The notes under the pieces were generated by a model that did no database searches, was not told where the DNA came from, and saw only the letters and a list, made by a program, of their open reading frames with translations. Shown piece after piece: positions 39,177 to 48,162 of a DNA stretch of 64,000 nucleotides (positions within the stretch are counted from its first letter, which is position 1; every line of letters starts with the position of its first letter). The stretch comes from Thermodesulfovibrionales bacterium (GTDB lineage Bacteria > Nitrospirota > Thermodesulfovibrionia > Thermodesulfovibrionales > CALJEL01), in the NCBI GenBank assembly GCA_026417875.1, contig JAOACK010000004.1, forward strand, positions 6,244 through 70,243. The letters run 5' to 3'. The position numbers were made by a program, and so were the translations under genes.

Positions 39177-40927
39177 CTCCTTGCTTTAATCTCCTCTTTA
39201 AGGTAAGAGATAAACTCCTCTGCCTCAAAGGGTCCAATATTTTCGCCGCTTCTCTTTCTTACAGTGTATCTCTTTTCTGAAACCTCTTTATCACCTATTA
39301 TAACCATATAGGGCACTTTCTTTAAAGTGCATTCTCTTATCTTGTGACCTATCTTTTCATTCTCTGATCTGAGCTCCGCACGGATATTATTTTTACGGAG
39401 TAATTTATAAAATTCTCTTGCAAAGTCATTATGCCTTTCAGCAATGGTGAGAACAGCAACCTGAACAGGAGCAAGCCATAATGGAAAAGCACCAGCGTAA
39501 TGCTCAATAAGTATACCAAAAAATCTCTCAATTGAACCCATTAAAGCCCTGTGAATCATTATCGGCCTGCGTTCCTTTCCATCACTTCCCCTGTAGGTAA
39601 TATCAAATCTCTCAGGAATATTAAAATCAACCTGTATGGTGCTACACTGCCAGGGTCTATTTAAACTATCCTTTACCTTTATATCAATCTTTGGTCCGTA
39701 AAAGACTCCTTCACCAGGGTCAATGGAGTAATTCAGGCCTTTTATCTCGAGAGCCCTTTTGAGGGCATTGGTTGCCCTCTCCCAGTTTTCAGGTGTTCCT
39801 ACATACTTTTCCGGCCTTGTGGAAAGATAGACATCATAATCATTAAAACCAAAGGTTCTTAAAATATAAAGTGTAAAATCAAGGACATGAAGAACCTCTT
39901 CTTCTATCTGATCCTCTCTGCAGAATATATGGGCATCATCCTGGGTGAAGCCCCTTACTCTAAGAAGACCGTGAAGTACACCGGATCTCTCATATCTATA
40001 TACTGTGCCAAGCTCAGCAAATCTAAGCGGCAAATCCCTGTAACTTCTGAGCTGACTTTTATATACAGTAATATGAAAGGGACAGTTCATCGGTTTTAAT
40101 TCATAAAGTATGTTCTCAATCTCCATTGGCGAATACATGTTCTCTCTGTAGAAATCCAGATGGCCGCTCCTCTTCCAGAGTTCAAGCCTTGCAATATGAG
40201 GTGTATAAAGAAGCCTGTAATCAGCCTTCAGATGTTCATCCCTCCAGAAATCTTCTATAATCTTCCTTACGATTGCACCATTGGGATGCCAGAGAACCAG
40301 ACCAGGACCGACCTCTTCGTTGATACTGAAAAGGTCCAGCTCCTTGCCAAGTTTTCTGTGGTCCCTCTTTTTGACCTCCTCAAGAAAATCAAGATAATCC
40401 TTTAGCTCTTTTTCTGTAAAAAAGGCTGTGCCATAGATTCTCTGGAGCATCTTATTCTTTTCATCGCCCTTCCAGTAGGCACCAGCAATACTTAACAATT
40501 TATAGGCCCTAACATCACCTGTCCGAGAAACATGGGGACCTCTACAGAGATCTATAAAATCTCCTTCCTCATAGATAGATACCTCTTCATCGGGGATCTC
40601 TTTTATGAGTTCAATCTTGTAAGGCTCTTGAAGTTCTTCAAAAATCTTCAGGGCCTCATCCCTGCTAAGAATCTTTTTTACAAAGGGTTTATCCTCCTTT
40701 ATTATTTTTTCCATTTCATCTTCTATCTTTTCAAGGTCTTCCGGGCTGAGGGGTTTATCTATATCAAAATCATAGTAAAATCCATTTTCTATGGCAGGTC
40801 CTATGGCAAGCTTTGCCTGAGGAAAAAGCCTCTTTACAGCATGGGCCATTATATGAGCAGCACTGTGTCTCAGGGTCTCCAGGTCAAGATTCTGGGAGAC
40901 CTGTTTTTCTCCATAATTCACTGACAT
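39173..40927 (-). CDS. thrS: threonine--tRNA ligase (lacks N-terminal TGS domain)
   Basis: 584 aa. It starts directly with the editing-domain motif [13 protein letters not shown], followed by the class II core and anticodon-binding domain. Confidence 0.95.
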   Translation of the reverse strand: MSVNYGEKQVSQNLDLETLRHSAAHIMAHAVKRLFPQAKLAIGPAIENGFYYDFDIDKPLSPEDLEKIEDEMEKIIKEDKPFVKKILSRDEALKIFEELQEPYKIELIKEIPDEEVSIYEEGDFIDLCRGPHVSRTGDVRAYKLLSIAGAYWKGDEKNKMLQRIYGTAFFTEKELKDYLDFLEEVKKRDHRKLGKELDLFSINEEVGPGLVLWHPNGAIVRKIIEDFWRDEHLKADYRLLYTPHIARLELWKRSGHLDFYRENMYSPMEIENILYELKPMNCPFHITVYKSQLRSYRDLPLRFAELGTVYRYERSGVLHGLLRVRGFTQDDAHIFCREDQIEEEVLHVLDFTLYILRTFGFNDYDVYLSTRPEKYVGTPENWERATNALKRALEIKGLNYSIDPGEGVFYGPKIDIKVKDSLNRPWQCSTIQVDFNIPERFDITYRGSDGKERRPIMIHRALMGSIERFFGILIEHYAGAFPLWLAPVQVAVLTIAERHNDFAREFYKLLRKNNIRAELRSENEKIGHKIRECTLKKVPYMVIIGDKEVSEKRYTVRKRSGENIGPFEAEEFISYLKEEIKARR

Positions 40928-41469
40928 AAATCCTTATTGCCTTTCAAAATATCCAGGGATATAATCTCCGGAAGTTTCTTAATTGCCCTTTCAATGGCAT
41001 CATTAATTATATCAAGCTCCTGAGCAGTGAATCTCTGGAGGACATATTCTTCCGGAGGAAATTCCCTGCTCCTTCCAATGCCTATCTTTAGTCTTGTAAA
41101 ATTCTCTCCGATTGCCTCTATAATTGACTGCACACCCCTGTGACCTCCCGATGAACCCTTCCTCCTGATCCTTACCTTTCCAGTAACCATGTCAAGGTCA
41201 TCATGAACCACGACAACCCTCTCTGGAGGAATATTAAATTCTCTACAGATCTTTAGGACTGCCTCACCACTTCTGTTCATATATGTCATCGGTTTTAGAA
41301 GCAATATATCGGAGCCATTAAAAATAGCCTTTTCCATCATATAAAGTCCGAAGTCTCTGAGCCTTATACCGAGAATTTCAGAGAGCCTGTCGATAAAAAT
41401 AAAACCTACATTATGTCTTGTAAATTCATATTTTTTACCTGGATTTCCTAGACCAGTGATGAGCCACAA
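40918..41469 (-). CDS. pth: peptidyl-tRNA hydrolase
   Basis: [22 protein letters not shown] and GGHRGVQSI motifs. 183 aa. Confidence 0.95.
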   Translation of the reverse strand: MWLITGLGNPGKKYEFTRHNVGFIFIDRLSEILGIRLRDFGLYMMEKAIFNGSDILLLKPMTYMNRSGEAVLKICREFNIPPERVVVVHDDLDMVTGKVRIRRKGSSGGHRGVQSIIEAIGENFTRLKIGIGRSREFPPEEYVLQRFTAQELDIINDAIERAIKKLPEIISLDILKGNKDLCQ

Positions 41470-42123
41470 TTATTTCTTTCCCTCTTCTTTCTCCTCTGCC
41501 TCTTCCTTCTTTCCTTTCTTTATGACCTCTGGTTCAGTAATTTCAGGAGCTGCTGGTGCTGCTTCTTCCACAGCAGGTGCAGTAACTGTAACTATAACCT
41601 CTTCAGGATCTGTAAGTATCTTTATGCCCTCTTCTAATTTTAGATCAGATACATGAATTGATTGACCAACTCCAAGACCTGAGACATCAACCTCAATGTG
41701 ACCGGGTATCCTGTCCGGGAGAGCCTCTATCTCAAGTTCCCTTAGAGTATGCTGAAGAATTCCGCCCTGGTCTTTAACACCCTTTGGCACACCTTTTGTT
41801 ATCACCTTTACAGTTAGTCTTACTGTCTCTGTCAGTAGGACTTCCTGAAAATCTGTGTGAAGCAGTTCACCAGTAATCGGGTCAAGCTGATAGTCTTTAA
41901 TTATAGCGAGTCTGTTACCCTCTGGAAACTGAAGATTCACAAGGACATTCTCGCCCTTTGTCTGTCTGATAATCTTTATGAATTCCGCCTTTGGAATCCT
42001 TATTGGTTCTGAGGTGCCAGCCCTGTATATAACCGCTGGTAATTCACCTTTTCTTCTTAAGGAGCGGGCAACACCCTTTCCTGTAGCCTCTCTTCTGTAT
42101 GCATTTACAGAAACCCTTTCCAT
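41470..42123 (-). CDS. rplY: 50S ribosomal protein L25/general stress protein Ctc
   Basis: 217 aa. RREATGKGVARSLRRKGELPAVIY start, long Ctc form with acidic/lysine-rich tail. Confidence 0.92.
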   Translation of the reverse strand: MERVSVNAYRREATGKGVARSLRRKGELPAVIYRAGTSEPIRIPKAEFIKIIRQTKGENVLVNLQFPEGNRLAIIKDYQLDPITGELLHTDFQEVLLTETVRLTVKVITKGVPKGVKDQGGILQHTLRELEIEALPDRIPGHIEVDVSGLGVGQSIHVSDLKLEEGIKILTDPEEVIVTVTAPAVEEAAPAAPEITEPEVIKKGKKEEAEEKEEGKK

Positions 42124-42177
42124 CTCACTCCTCCTAAAAATTTTTTTATTTATTCTACAAACAATAAAGAGACATTT

Positions 42178-43122
42178 TCAGATAAAAAGTGAACTTATTG
42201 ATGTCTCTTCATGAATCCTCTTTATTGCTTCTGCAAGAAGCGGTCCTATACTGAGGACCTTCAATTTTTTGCAGGCCTCCTGCTTGCTGTCAAGGGGAAT
42301 GGTATTGGTTACTATAACTTCCTTTATCGGCGAGGAATTCAATCTTTCCACAGCCTTTCCTGATAGGACAGCATGGGTGCATGCTGCATTCACTGATCTG
42401 GCACCATGCTCTATAAGTGCCTGGGCAGCGAGGGTCGTTGTCCCACCAGTATCAATAATATCATCAAGGATTAAGGTATCCTTGTCCCTCACATCTCCGA
42501 TTACGTGCATCACCTGGGAGATATTTGCCTTTTCCCTTCTTTTGTCAATTATTGCAAGAGAAGAACCAAGTTTCCTTGCAAATGTCCTTGCCCTTTCCAC
42601 ACCGCCTGCATCAGGTGATACAATTACAAGCTTTTCGCTATCATAATTCGCCTTTATATAATCAAGTAATACAGGCATCGCATAGAGATGGTCAACGGGA
42701 ATGTCAAAAAAGCCCTGTATCTGTCCTGCATGGAGATCCATTGTAAGAACCCTGTTTGCACCTGCAACTGTTATGAGGTCAGCAACAAGCCTCGAAGAAA
42801 TGGGAACCCTTGGCTGAACCTTTCGGTCCTGTCTTGCATATCCATAATATGGTATAACTGCAGTTATACGTCTTGCTGAAGCCCTTCTTAAGGCATCCAT
42901 TATAAGCAGTAGTTCCATAATATTATGGTTAACAGGAGCACAGGTTGGCTGAATTACAAAGACATCTGTACCGCGAACATTTTCATTAATCTGTACCATT
43001 ATCTCTCCATCACTGAATGTGGTTACAGTGGCATCACAAAGGGGTGTTCCCAGATAGGAGGCAACCTCCTCCGCAAGTTTTCTGTGTGCGTTCCCTGTTA
43101 TAAGTTTTATTCCCTCGGGCAT
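42178..43122 (-). CDS. prs: ribose-phosphate pyrophosphokinase
   Basis: 314 aa. YARQDRK, the PRPP-binding loop DDIIDTGGT, and typical overall Prs sequence. Confidence 0.96.
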   Translation of the reverse strand: MPEGIKLITGNAHRKLAEEVASYLGTPLCDATVTTFSDGEIMVQINENVRGTDVFVIQPTCAPVNHNIMELLLIMDALRRASARRITAVIPYYGYARQDRKVQPRVPISSRLVADLITVAGANRVLTMDLHAGQIQGFFDIPVDHLYAMPVLLDYIKANYDSEKLVIVSPDAGGVERARTFARKLGSSLAIIDKRREKANISQVMHVIGDVRDKDTLILDDIIDTGGTTTLAAQALIEHGARSVNAACTHAVLSGKAVERLNSSPIKEVIVTNTIPLDSKQEACKKLKVLSIGPLLAEAIKRIHEETSISSLFI

Positions 43123-43164
43123 AATTTTCCTTTAACCAATCTCAATCTATTGATTCTTTAATTA

Positions 43165-43237
43165 CTGGGGCGGGAGGATTCGAACCTCCAGATGGGAGAT
43201 CCAAAGTCTCCTGGCTTGCCCGTTTGCCTACGCCCCA
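43165..43237 (-). tRNA. tRNA-Gln (anticodon UUG), CCA not encoded
   Basis: The reverse complement TGGGGCGTAGGCAAACGGGCAAGCCAGGAGACTTTGGATCTCCCATCTGGAGGTTCGAATCCTCCCGCCCCAG folds as a cloverleaf. It has the U1:A72 pair typical of bacterial tRNA-Gln and anticodon loop CTTTGGA. Confidence 0.9.
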
Positions 43238-43310
43238 ATATAAAGATGCGCAATATTACAGCAAGCCCTGAATGAAAAATTATAACATAATCATAAAAGT
43301 CTTAACAATA

Positions 43311-43345
43311 AAAAGGCAGTCTACCGCTCCGGGCAACTGCCTTTT
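43311..43345 (-). terminator. terminator hairpin after dsrD
   Basis: AAAAGGCAGT...ACTGCCTTTT: a 10-bp stem with a 15-nt loop and flanking A/T runs, 21 nt after the dsrD stop. Confidence 0.65.
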
Positions 43346-43365
43346 ATACAACCCTTTATAAACAA

Positions 43366-43584
43366 TTATTGTTTTGGTGGAATCTCTACAAAACTTCCAC
43401 CGAAGTATGTGTAAATAAGTTTTCCTTCATCAATGAGCTCTCTCAGAGCTTCTTTTACCTCCTGCCTTGATACACCGGTCTCTTCGGATATCTTCTTCTC
43501 TATATCAGACTGTTTGAGTTTCTTTTTGCCCATGGACTGCTCTACAAGGCTGTAAACCTTCTGCTTTAATTCTGCCTTATCCAT
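43366..43584 (-). CDS. dsrD: DsrD, small winged-helix protein of the dissimilatory sulfite reductase operon
   Basis: 72 aa, Lys-rich (MGKKKLKQSD), ...LIYTYFGGSFVEIP C-terminus. Positioned immediately after dsrB. Confidence 0.88.
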   Translation of the reverse strand: MDKAELKQKVYSLVEQSMGKKKLKQSDIEKKISEETGVSRQEVKEALRELIDEGKLIYTYFGGSFVEIPPKQ

Positions 43585-43611
43585 CCAGCTCCTCCTTTCT
43601 AATAATTAATC

Positions 43612-43637
43612 AGGTCAGGGCCTGTAAGCCCTGACCT
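43612..43637 (-). promoter_or_regulatory. intercistronic stem-loop between dsrB and dsrD
   Basis: AGGTCAGGGC-(6 nt)-GCCCTGACCT: a perfect 10-bp GC-rich stem starting 6 nt after the dsrB TAA and ending 27 nt before the dsrD ATG. Confidence 0.6.
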
Positions 43638-43643
43638 TATATT

Positions 43644-44714
43644 TTACCACTTAAATGTTGCTGCTGTTCTGAATGTCTCCCTTGCTATTAAGAAGTCGTC
43701 AATATGCTGATAGGTGAATGGCAGACCGGTGATCTTAAAGAACTTTTCCCATCCTATTCTCTCTATCCACTCACCTACCCTCTCATGCTTCATTGCACCC
43801 TTTTCATAGGCATTGAGTATCTTTTTAACTGCATCTACTACCTCTGGCCATCTTGGTGGATTATTCTTTATGAAAGGAACAACAAGCTTGGAGAACTTTG
43901 GTGGAGTTCTGAGGTTTCCAACCTTTCCACCGGCAACTATAGCCACGCCGTCAAACTCAGGGTCATGAATCTCCATAGGAGGGCATACTGTATAGCAGTT
44001 ACCGCAGTACATACATTTGTCTTCCTTAATCTTAACACTCTTTTTTGCTGGATCGGGGCTAATTGCACCAGTAGGGCAGGCAGCAATTGTGGAAGGAATC
44101 TCACACATATTAGGCACCTTCTCATGGTCGATAACAGGAAGTTTTCTGTGGACAGCCACAACTGCTATGTCAGAGCAGTGAACCGCACCGCACATATTAA
44201 CGCAGCAGGGAACTGCAAGCCTTACCTTGTTTGGAAGCTCCTTGGTTGTGAAGTACTCCGCCAATTCATCCATCAGGACCTTCACAAGACCAGAGGCATC
44301 AGAGGCAGCAGAATGGCAGTGTATCCAGCCCTGAGTGTGAACTACATTTGATACCCTTGGACCTATACCTCCCATCATATAGCCCTTCTTCTTGAGCTCA
44401 TCCTTAAGAGGATTAAGATTCTTCTCATCAGATACAAGGAACTCTATATTATTTCTTGATGTAAACCTGAGATAACCTCCGCAGTATTTCTGGGCTATAT
44501 CAGCAATCTCCCTTAGTGTATCTGTGCTAAGAAGCCTTGGTGACGCAACCCTCACGGACCATATCTTGTCTCCACTGTTTGCCACATGAACCATTACTCC
44601 TGGTTCAAGAACCTCGTGGTACTTCCAGTTACCATAATTCTTCTGTATAACAGGTGGTAAGAAATCCTTATAATGAGGTGGTCCTATATCTGTTCTTCTC
44701 TGTGGTAAAGCCAT
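43644..44714 (-). CDS. dsrB: dissimilatory sulfite reductase beta subunit
   Basis: 356 aa. Sirohaem/FeS Cys motifs (HTQGWIHCH, CVNMCGAVHC) and inserted ferredoxin domain (CPTGAI..., CMYCGNCYTVCP). Confidence 0.96.
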   Translation of the reverse strand: MALPQRRTDIGPPHYKDFLPPVIQKNYGNWKYHEVLEPGVMVHVANSGDKIWSVRVASPRLLSTDTLREIADIAQKYCGGYLRFTSRNNIEFLVSDEKNLNPLKDELKKKGYMMGGIGPRVSNVVHTQGWIHCHSAASDASGLVKVLMDELAEYFTTKELPNKVRLAVPCCVNMCGAVHCSDIAVVAVHRKLPVIDHEKVPNMCEIPSTIAACPTGAISPDPAKKSVKIKEDKCMYCGNCYTVCPPMEIHDPEFDGVAIVAGGKVGNLRTPPKFSKLVVPFIKNNPPRWPEVVDAVKKILNAYEKGAMKHERVGEWIERIGWEKFFKITGLPFTYQHIDDFLIARETFRTAATFKW

Positions 44715-44738
44715 GTTATCCTCCTTTATTTGAAATTT

Positions 44739-45935
44739 TTAAAGTTTTGAATTCGGAACAAGCTCTTCTTCCTTCCAGAAATAGAAAGGATCCCTCCTGG
44801 GCTCTTTGACCATTCGAGGATCCGGTTCAAGTCCTACATATTCAAGATATTCCCTCATGCCACGCCTTATAATGAGCTCACCTATCCTCTCTCTGTTCTT
44901 TCCATATTCATCCCAGTATTCAAGGCTCTTTCTGATAAAGTCCTTGAGAGGATCATAGGGTGGCTCAAGCTTCATGAACGGTATTATTACCCATGAAAGT
45001 GTTGCTCCAATTACGAAGGGTGCTTTACTACCAAGAAGGATGGTTGCACCCCTTTCACCTGTTGGCCTGAGAGCCTTTGTCATCTTTGAAATACAGTGCA
45101 TGCATCTTGAACAATCCTCATCATTTATCTTGAGGTTCTTTCCATCGTAACTCATGCACTTTGTAGGACATCTGTCAACTATCTCCTGCTGGATATTCAT
45201 ACCATTCTTTGCATACCACTGCACTGCATCCTGGTCAATCTCTATTTTTCCCTTCCATGTTCCTATTATCGAGAGATCTGCTCTTGCAATGGATGCTATG
45301 CAGTCAACAGCACATCCAGCTGTCTTTATCTTGAATTTATAAGGGAAGGCAGGTCTGTGAAGCTCATCCTGGAATTCCTGTGTGAGGCTGTAGGTTATAT
45401 CAAGGGTATTGATATTAGACCATTCACATCTTGCAGGACCAATACAGCAGCTCGGTGTTCTCATTGCTGAACCAGAGCCTCCCAGGTCCCAGCCACGGGA
45501 AGAAAATTCAGCAAATACAGGTTCAAGATTTTCTGTGTTTGTTCCAAGAAGGATTATGTCTCCGGTGGAACCATGGAAATTAGTAAGGCCACTTCCATAT
45601 TTATCCCATATATCACACATCATCTTGATTGCCTCTGATGTGTAAAAGAAGCCTGCTATGGAATTAATTCTCACCGTATGGAAATTAGCAACATTTGGAA
45701 ACTGATCGGGAAGAGATGAATATCGACCTATAACTCCAGAACCATACCCCCTTACACCAACTATTCCACCATGCTTCCAGTAACCACGTTTATCCCTGTA
45801 GGACTTCTCAAGCTGGGCAAGCTCATCTCTTGCCATTGCATTCTTCTTTGCTGCCTTTTTGATCTCTGTTACAAAACTTGGCCATGGACCCTTTTCAAGC
45901 TCATCAAGCAAGGGTGTTTTTGGCAGTTCACTCAT
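44739..45935 (-). CDS. dsrA: dissimilatory sulfite reductase alpha subunit
   Basis: 398 aa. Cys clusters (PSCCIGPARCE, TAGCAVDC) and ferredoxin domain (CPTKCM..., CSRCMHCI). Strong AAGGAGGAG RBS. Confidence 0.96.
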   Translation of the reverse strand: MSELPKTPLLDELEKGPWPSFVTEIKKAAKKNAMARDELAQLEKSYRDKRGYWKHGGIVGVRGYGSGVIGRYSSLPDQFPNVANFHTVRINSIAGFFYTSEAIKMMCDIWDKYGSGLTNFHGSTGDIILLGTNTENLEPVFAEFSSRGWDLGGSGSAMRTPSCCIGPARCEWSNINTLDITYSLTQEFQDELHRPAFPYKFKIKTAGCAVDCIASIARADLSIIGTWKGKIEIDQDAVQWYAKNGMNIQQEIVDRCPTKCMSYDGKNLKINDEDCSRCMHCISKMTKALRPTGERGATILLGSKAPFVIGATLSWVIIPFMKLEPPYDPLKDFIRKSLEYWDEYGKNRERIGELIIRRGMREYLEYVGLEPDPRMVKEPRRDPFYFWKEEELVPNSKL

Positions 45936-46022
45936 AACACTCCTCCTTTTTTTATTTTTAAGCTGGCTAAGGCTCAGCCGAAGATTTTTTTGAAAACATA
46001 CAAAGCTACTATATATGAAAGG

Positions 46023-46045
46023 TTCTGGTCAAATTAAAAAATTTA
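46023..46045 (-). promoter_or_regulatory. conserved 23-nt dsr upstream motif (dsrA copy)
   Basis: The minus strand reads TAAATTTTTTAATTTGACCAGAA. It is identical to the dsrC upstream copy (23354-23377) except for one extra T there. It lies about 90 nt upstream of the dsrA ATG. Confidence 0.5.
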
Positions 46046-46054
46046 ATCAATAAA

Positions 46055-46522
46055 TCATTTTTCTTTATTATCTAAATCTATAATCACTGCATCTTCATCA
46101 CATTCAGGAAATTTGGGACATCTAAGACAGTCTCCCCATATTTTCTGGGGCAGTTCTGTTTTCTGGACTAATCTGAAACCGCTCTTAATAAAAAAATCAG
46201 GATGGTAAGTCAGCGCAAAAACTCTTTTAATTTTAAGCCCTTTTGCCTCTTCAAGACACTTCTTTAAAAGCCTTCTTCCAATACCTTTTTTCTGATAATC
46301 CCTTTTAACAGCGAGTGACCTTATCTCTGCAAGATCCTCCCAAAGGATATGGAGGGCGCAGAGACCTACAATCTCTCCTTTATTTTCACAGATATAAAAA
46401 TCTCTTATGTTTTCGTATAGCTCATTCAGCGAGCGGGGAAGCATCTCCTCTTTTTTTGCAAATTCATTAATAATCTTCTGCATCTCTCTCACATCACTTA
46501 TTGATGGTTTTCTTATTCTCAA
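46055..46522 (-). CDS. GNAT family N-acetyltransferase (short ArgA-like)
   Basis: 155 aa. Acetyl-CoA motif RDYQKKGIGRRLLKKCLEEAK. The TTG start overlaps the upstream gene by 29 nt. Confidence 0.8.
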   Translation of the reverse strand: MRIRKPSISDVREMQKIINEFAKKEEMLPRSLNELYENIRDFYICENKGEIVGLCALHILWEDLAEIRSLAVKRDYQKKGIGRRLLKKCLEEAKGLKIKRVFALTYHPDFFIKSGFRLVQKTELPQKIWGDCLRCPKFPECDEDAVIIDLDNKEK

Positions 46523-47069
46523 TGTATTCTATACCTCTCATGATAAGTGTTTTATTTATTTCAACGAGTTTTATCCTTGAAAGAGGTATTGTCTCTTCTA
46601 GTGCTTTGAAGATGTCTTCTATTTTAAGTATGCCTGTTACAGCTATGAAGGCTCCGAGCATTACCATGTTTGCACCCCTTGGGTTTCCCTCCCTAGCGGC
46701 TATTTCGGTTGCTGGCACAGGAAATCCAGAATTTGCAGTTCCAGCTATTACATCGCTATTAATGACTGAAGAATCATAAAAAAGGAGACCGTCTTTCTTT
46801 AATCTCTGAAAAAATTTTTTCAGGGATGCTTCATTAAAAACTATAAGTATATCTATCTCGTTCACAACTGGAGAACCTATAAGCTCATCAGATATAACAA
46901 CGGTACAATTTGCTGTGCCACCTCTCATCTCAGCGCCATAGGATGGAAACCAGGTTACCTCTTTTTCTGAAAGCATCGCCGCATGGGCAATGGTCTTTCC
47001 AAGAAAAAGTATTCCCTGACCTCCAAAACCAGCTATTATGATTCCCTTTTCTTTCATAACTTCTCTCAC
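46494..47069 (-). CDS. 2-oxoacid:ferredoxin oxidoreductase gamma subunit
   Basis: 191 aa. IIIAGFGGQGILFLGK and SYGAEMRGG motifs. Confidence 0.85.
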   Translation of the reverse strand: MREVMKEKGIIIAGFGGQGILFLGKTIAHAAMLSEKEVTWFPSYGAEMRGGTANCTVVISDELIGSPVVNEIDILIVFNEASLKKFFQRLKKDGLLFYDSSVINSDVIAGTANSGFPVPATEIAAREGNPRGANMVMLGAFIAVTGILKIEDIFKALEETIPLSRIKLVEINKTLIMRGIEYIENKKTINK

Positions 47070-47118
47070 AATCTTAATGTCTTGAGGACCTTCTCAATCT
47101 TGGTCCTGTGGTCCTCTA

Positions 47119-47331
47119 TTATATCCTGAGGAGTACCTCAGGAAGCTGATTTGCTGTAAGGCCATCAACCATTTTTAAGAAATTGGTCTTTGAAAGGTTA
47201 TCAAAGAAAGCATTAATCTCCCTGAATACCGGTTTTATTGCATTAGTCACACTTTCAAGTATCTCCTCATTATTAACCTTTCTACCCAGAGTCTCTTTTA
47301 CCTTGCAAAAGTTTATTTCTGGGCCAAACAT
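47119..47331 (-). CDS. hypothetical small protein between OFOR beta and gamma
   Basis: 70-codon ORF with no Cys clusters, so not a delta/ferredoxin subunit. A 34-codon ORF with a good SD (47414-47310) overlaps it in another frame, so this could be one frameshifted gene of about 100 codons. Confidence 0.3.
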   Translation of the reverse strand: MFGPEINFCKVKETLGRKVNNEEILESVTNAIKPVFREINAFFDNLSKTNFLKMVDGLTANQLPEVLLRI

Positions 47332-47430
47332 TTGATTATAATGTCTCTTGATTTAATGGTTGCAAGGCCTTTGAAGTCATCTTCACTAACAGACCGTCTC
47401 CTTTGTCTTTTCATTACTACCTCTAAAATT

Positions 47431-48162
47431 TTACTGTTTTAGTATACCGGTTTTAAAATAGTTCTTCATGTTTTCCTTGAGCCATTTTCTGGCATCACCA
47501 GGGCTCATTCCCCAGTCTGTCGGACAGGGAGAAAGGATCTCAACAAAGCTGAATCCTTTATTCTCCATCTGATTGATAAAAGCAGTAAGGATATACTGCC
47601 TTGTCTTTTTAATATCTCCTACTGAATCAAGGCTTCCCCTTGCAACAAAGGTTGTTCCTTCAAGTATTGAAAGCATCTCTGCCACTTTTATAGGAGAACC
47701 ATGCCTGAGTCTATCCCTTCCTTCAGGTGTTGTCGATGTTTTCTGGCCTATAAGTGTAGTCGGCGCCATCTGACCTCCTGTCATTCCATAGGTAGCATTA
47801 TTAATAAAAATAACAGTGATATTCTCTCCCCTTGCAGCTGCATGTATGATCTCAGCCATACCTATGGAGGCAAGGTCGCCATCTCCCTGATAAGAGAATA
47901 CAATTCTATCAGGCATTACCCTCTTAAGACCGGTTGCAACAGCTGGTGGTCTTCCGTGAGCTGCCTCTACAATATCAAAATCAAAATAACCATAGGCAAA
48001 GACAGCACATCCAACAGGTGCTATGCCAATTACCCTTTCCTTTATTCCGAGAGTGTCTATGCACTCAGCAACAAGTCTGTGGCTTATACTGTGCCCGCAG
48101 CCCGGACAGTACCTGAAAGGAACATCCTTTAGACAAGACGGTCTTGAAAAGACCTGTTTCAT
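47431..48162 (-). CDS. 2-oxoacid:ferredoxin oxidoreductase beta (TPP-binding) subunit
   Basis: 243 aa. CPGCGH, GDGD...NN TPP motif (YQGDGDLASIG...FINNATYGMTGGQ). Confidence 0.9.
   Translation of the reverse strand: MKQVFSRPSCLKDVPFRYCPGCGHSISHRLVAECIDTLGIKERVIGIAPVGCAVFAYGYFDFDIVEAAHGRPPAVATGLKRVMPDRIVFSYQGDGDLASIGMAEIIHAAARGENITVIFINNATYGMTGGQMAPTTLIGQKTSTTPEGRDRLRHGSPIKVAEMLSILEGTTFVARGSLDSVGDIKKTRQYILTAFINQMENKGFSFVEILSPCPTDWGMSPGDARKWLKENMKNYFKTGILKQ

Noticed and set aside
43704-44351. 215-aa plus-strand ORF
   Set aside because: It lies entirely antisense to dsrB, whose identity is unambiguous. Its sequence is Cys/Trp/Tyr-rich junk with no start context. This is a shadow ORF.
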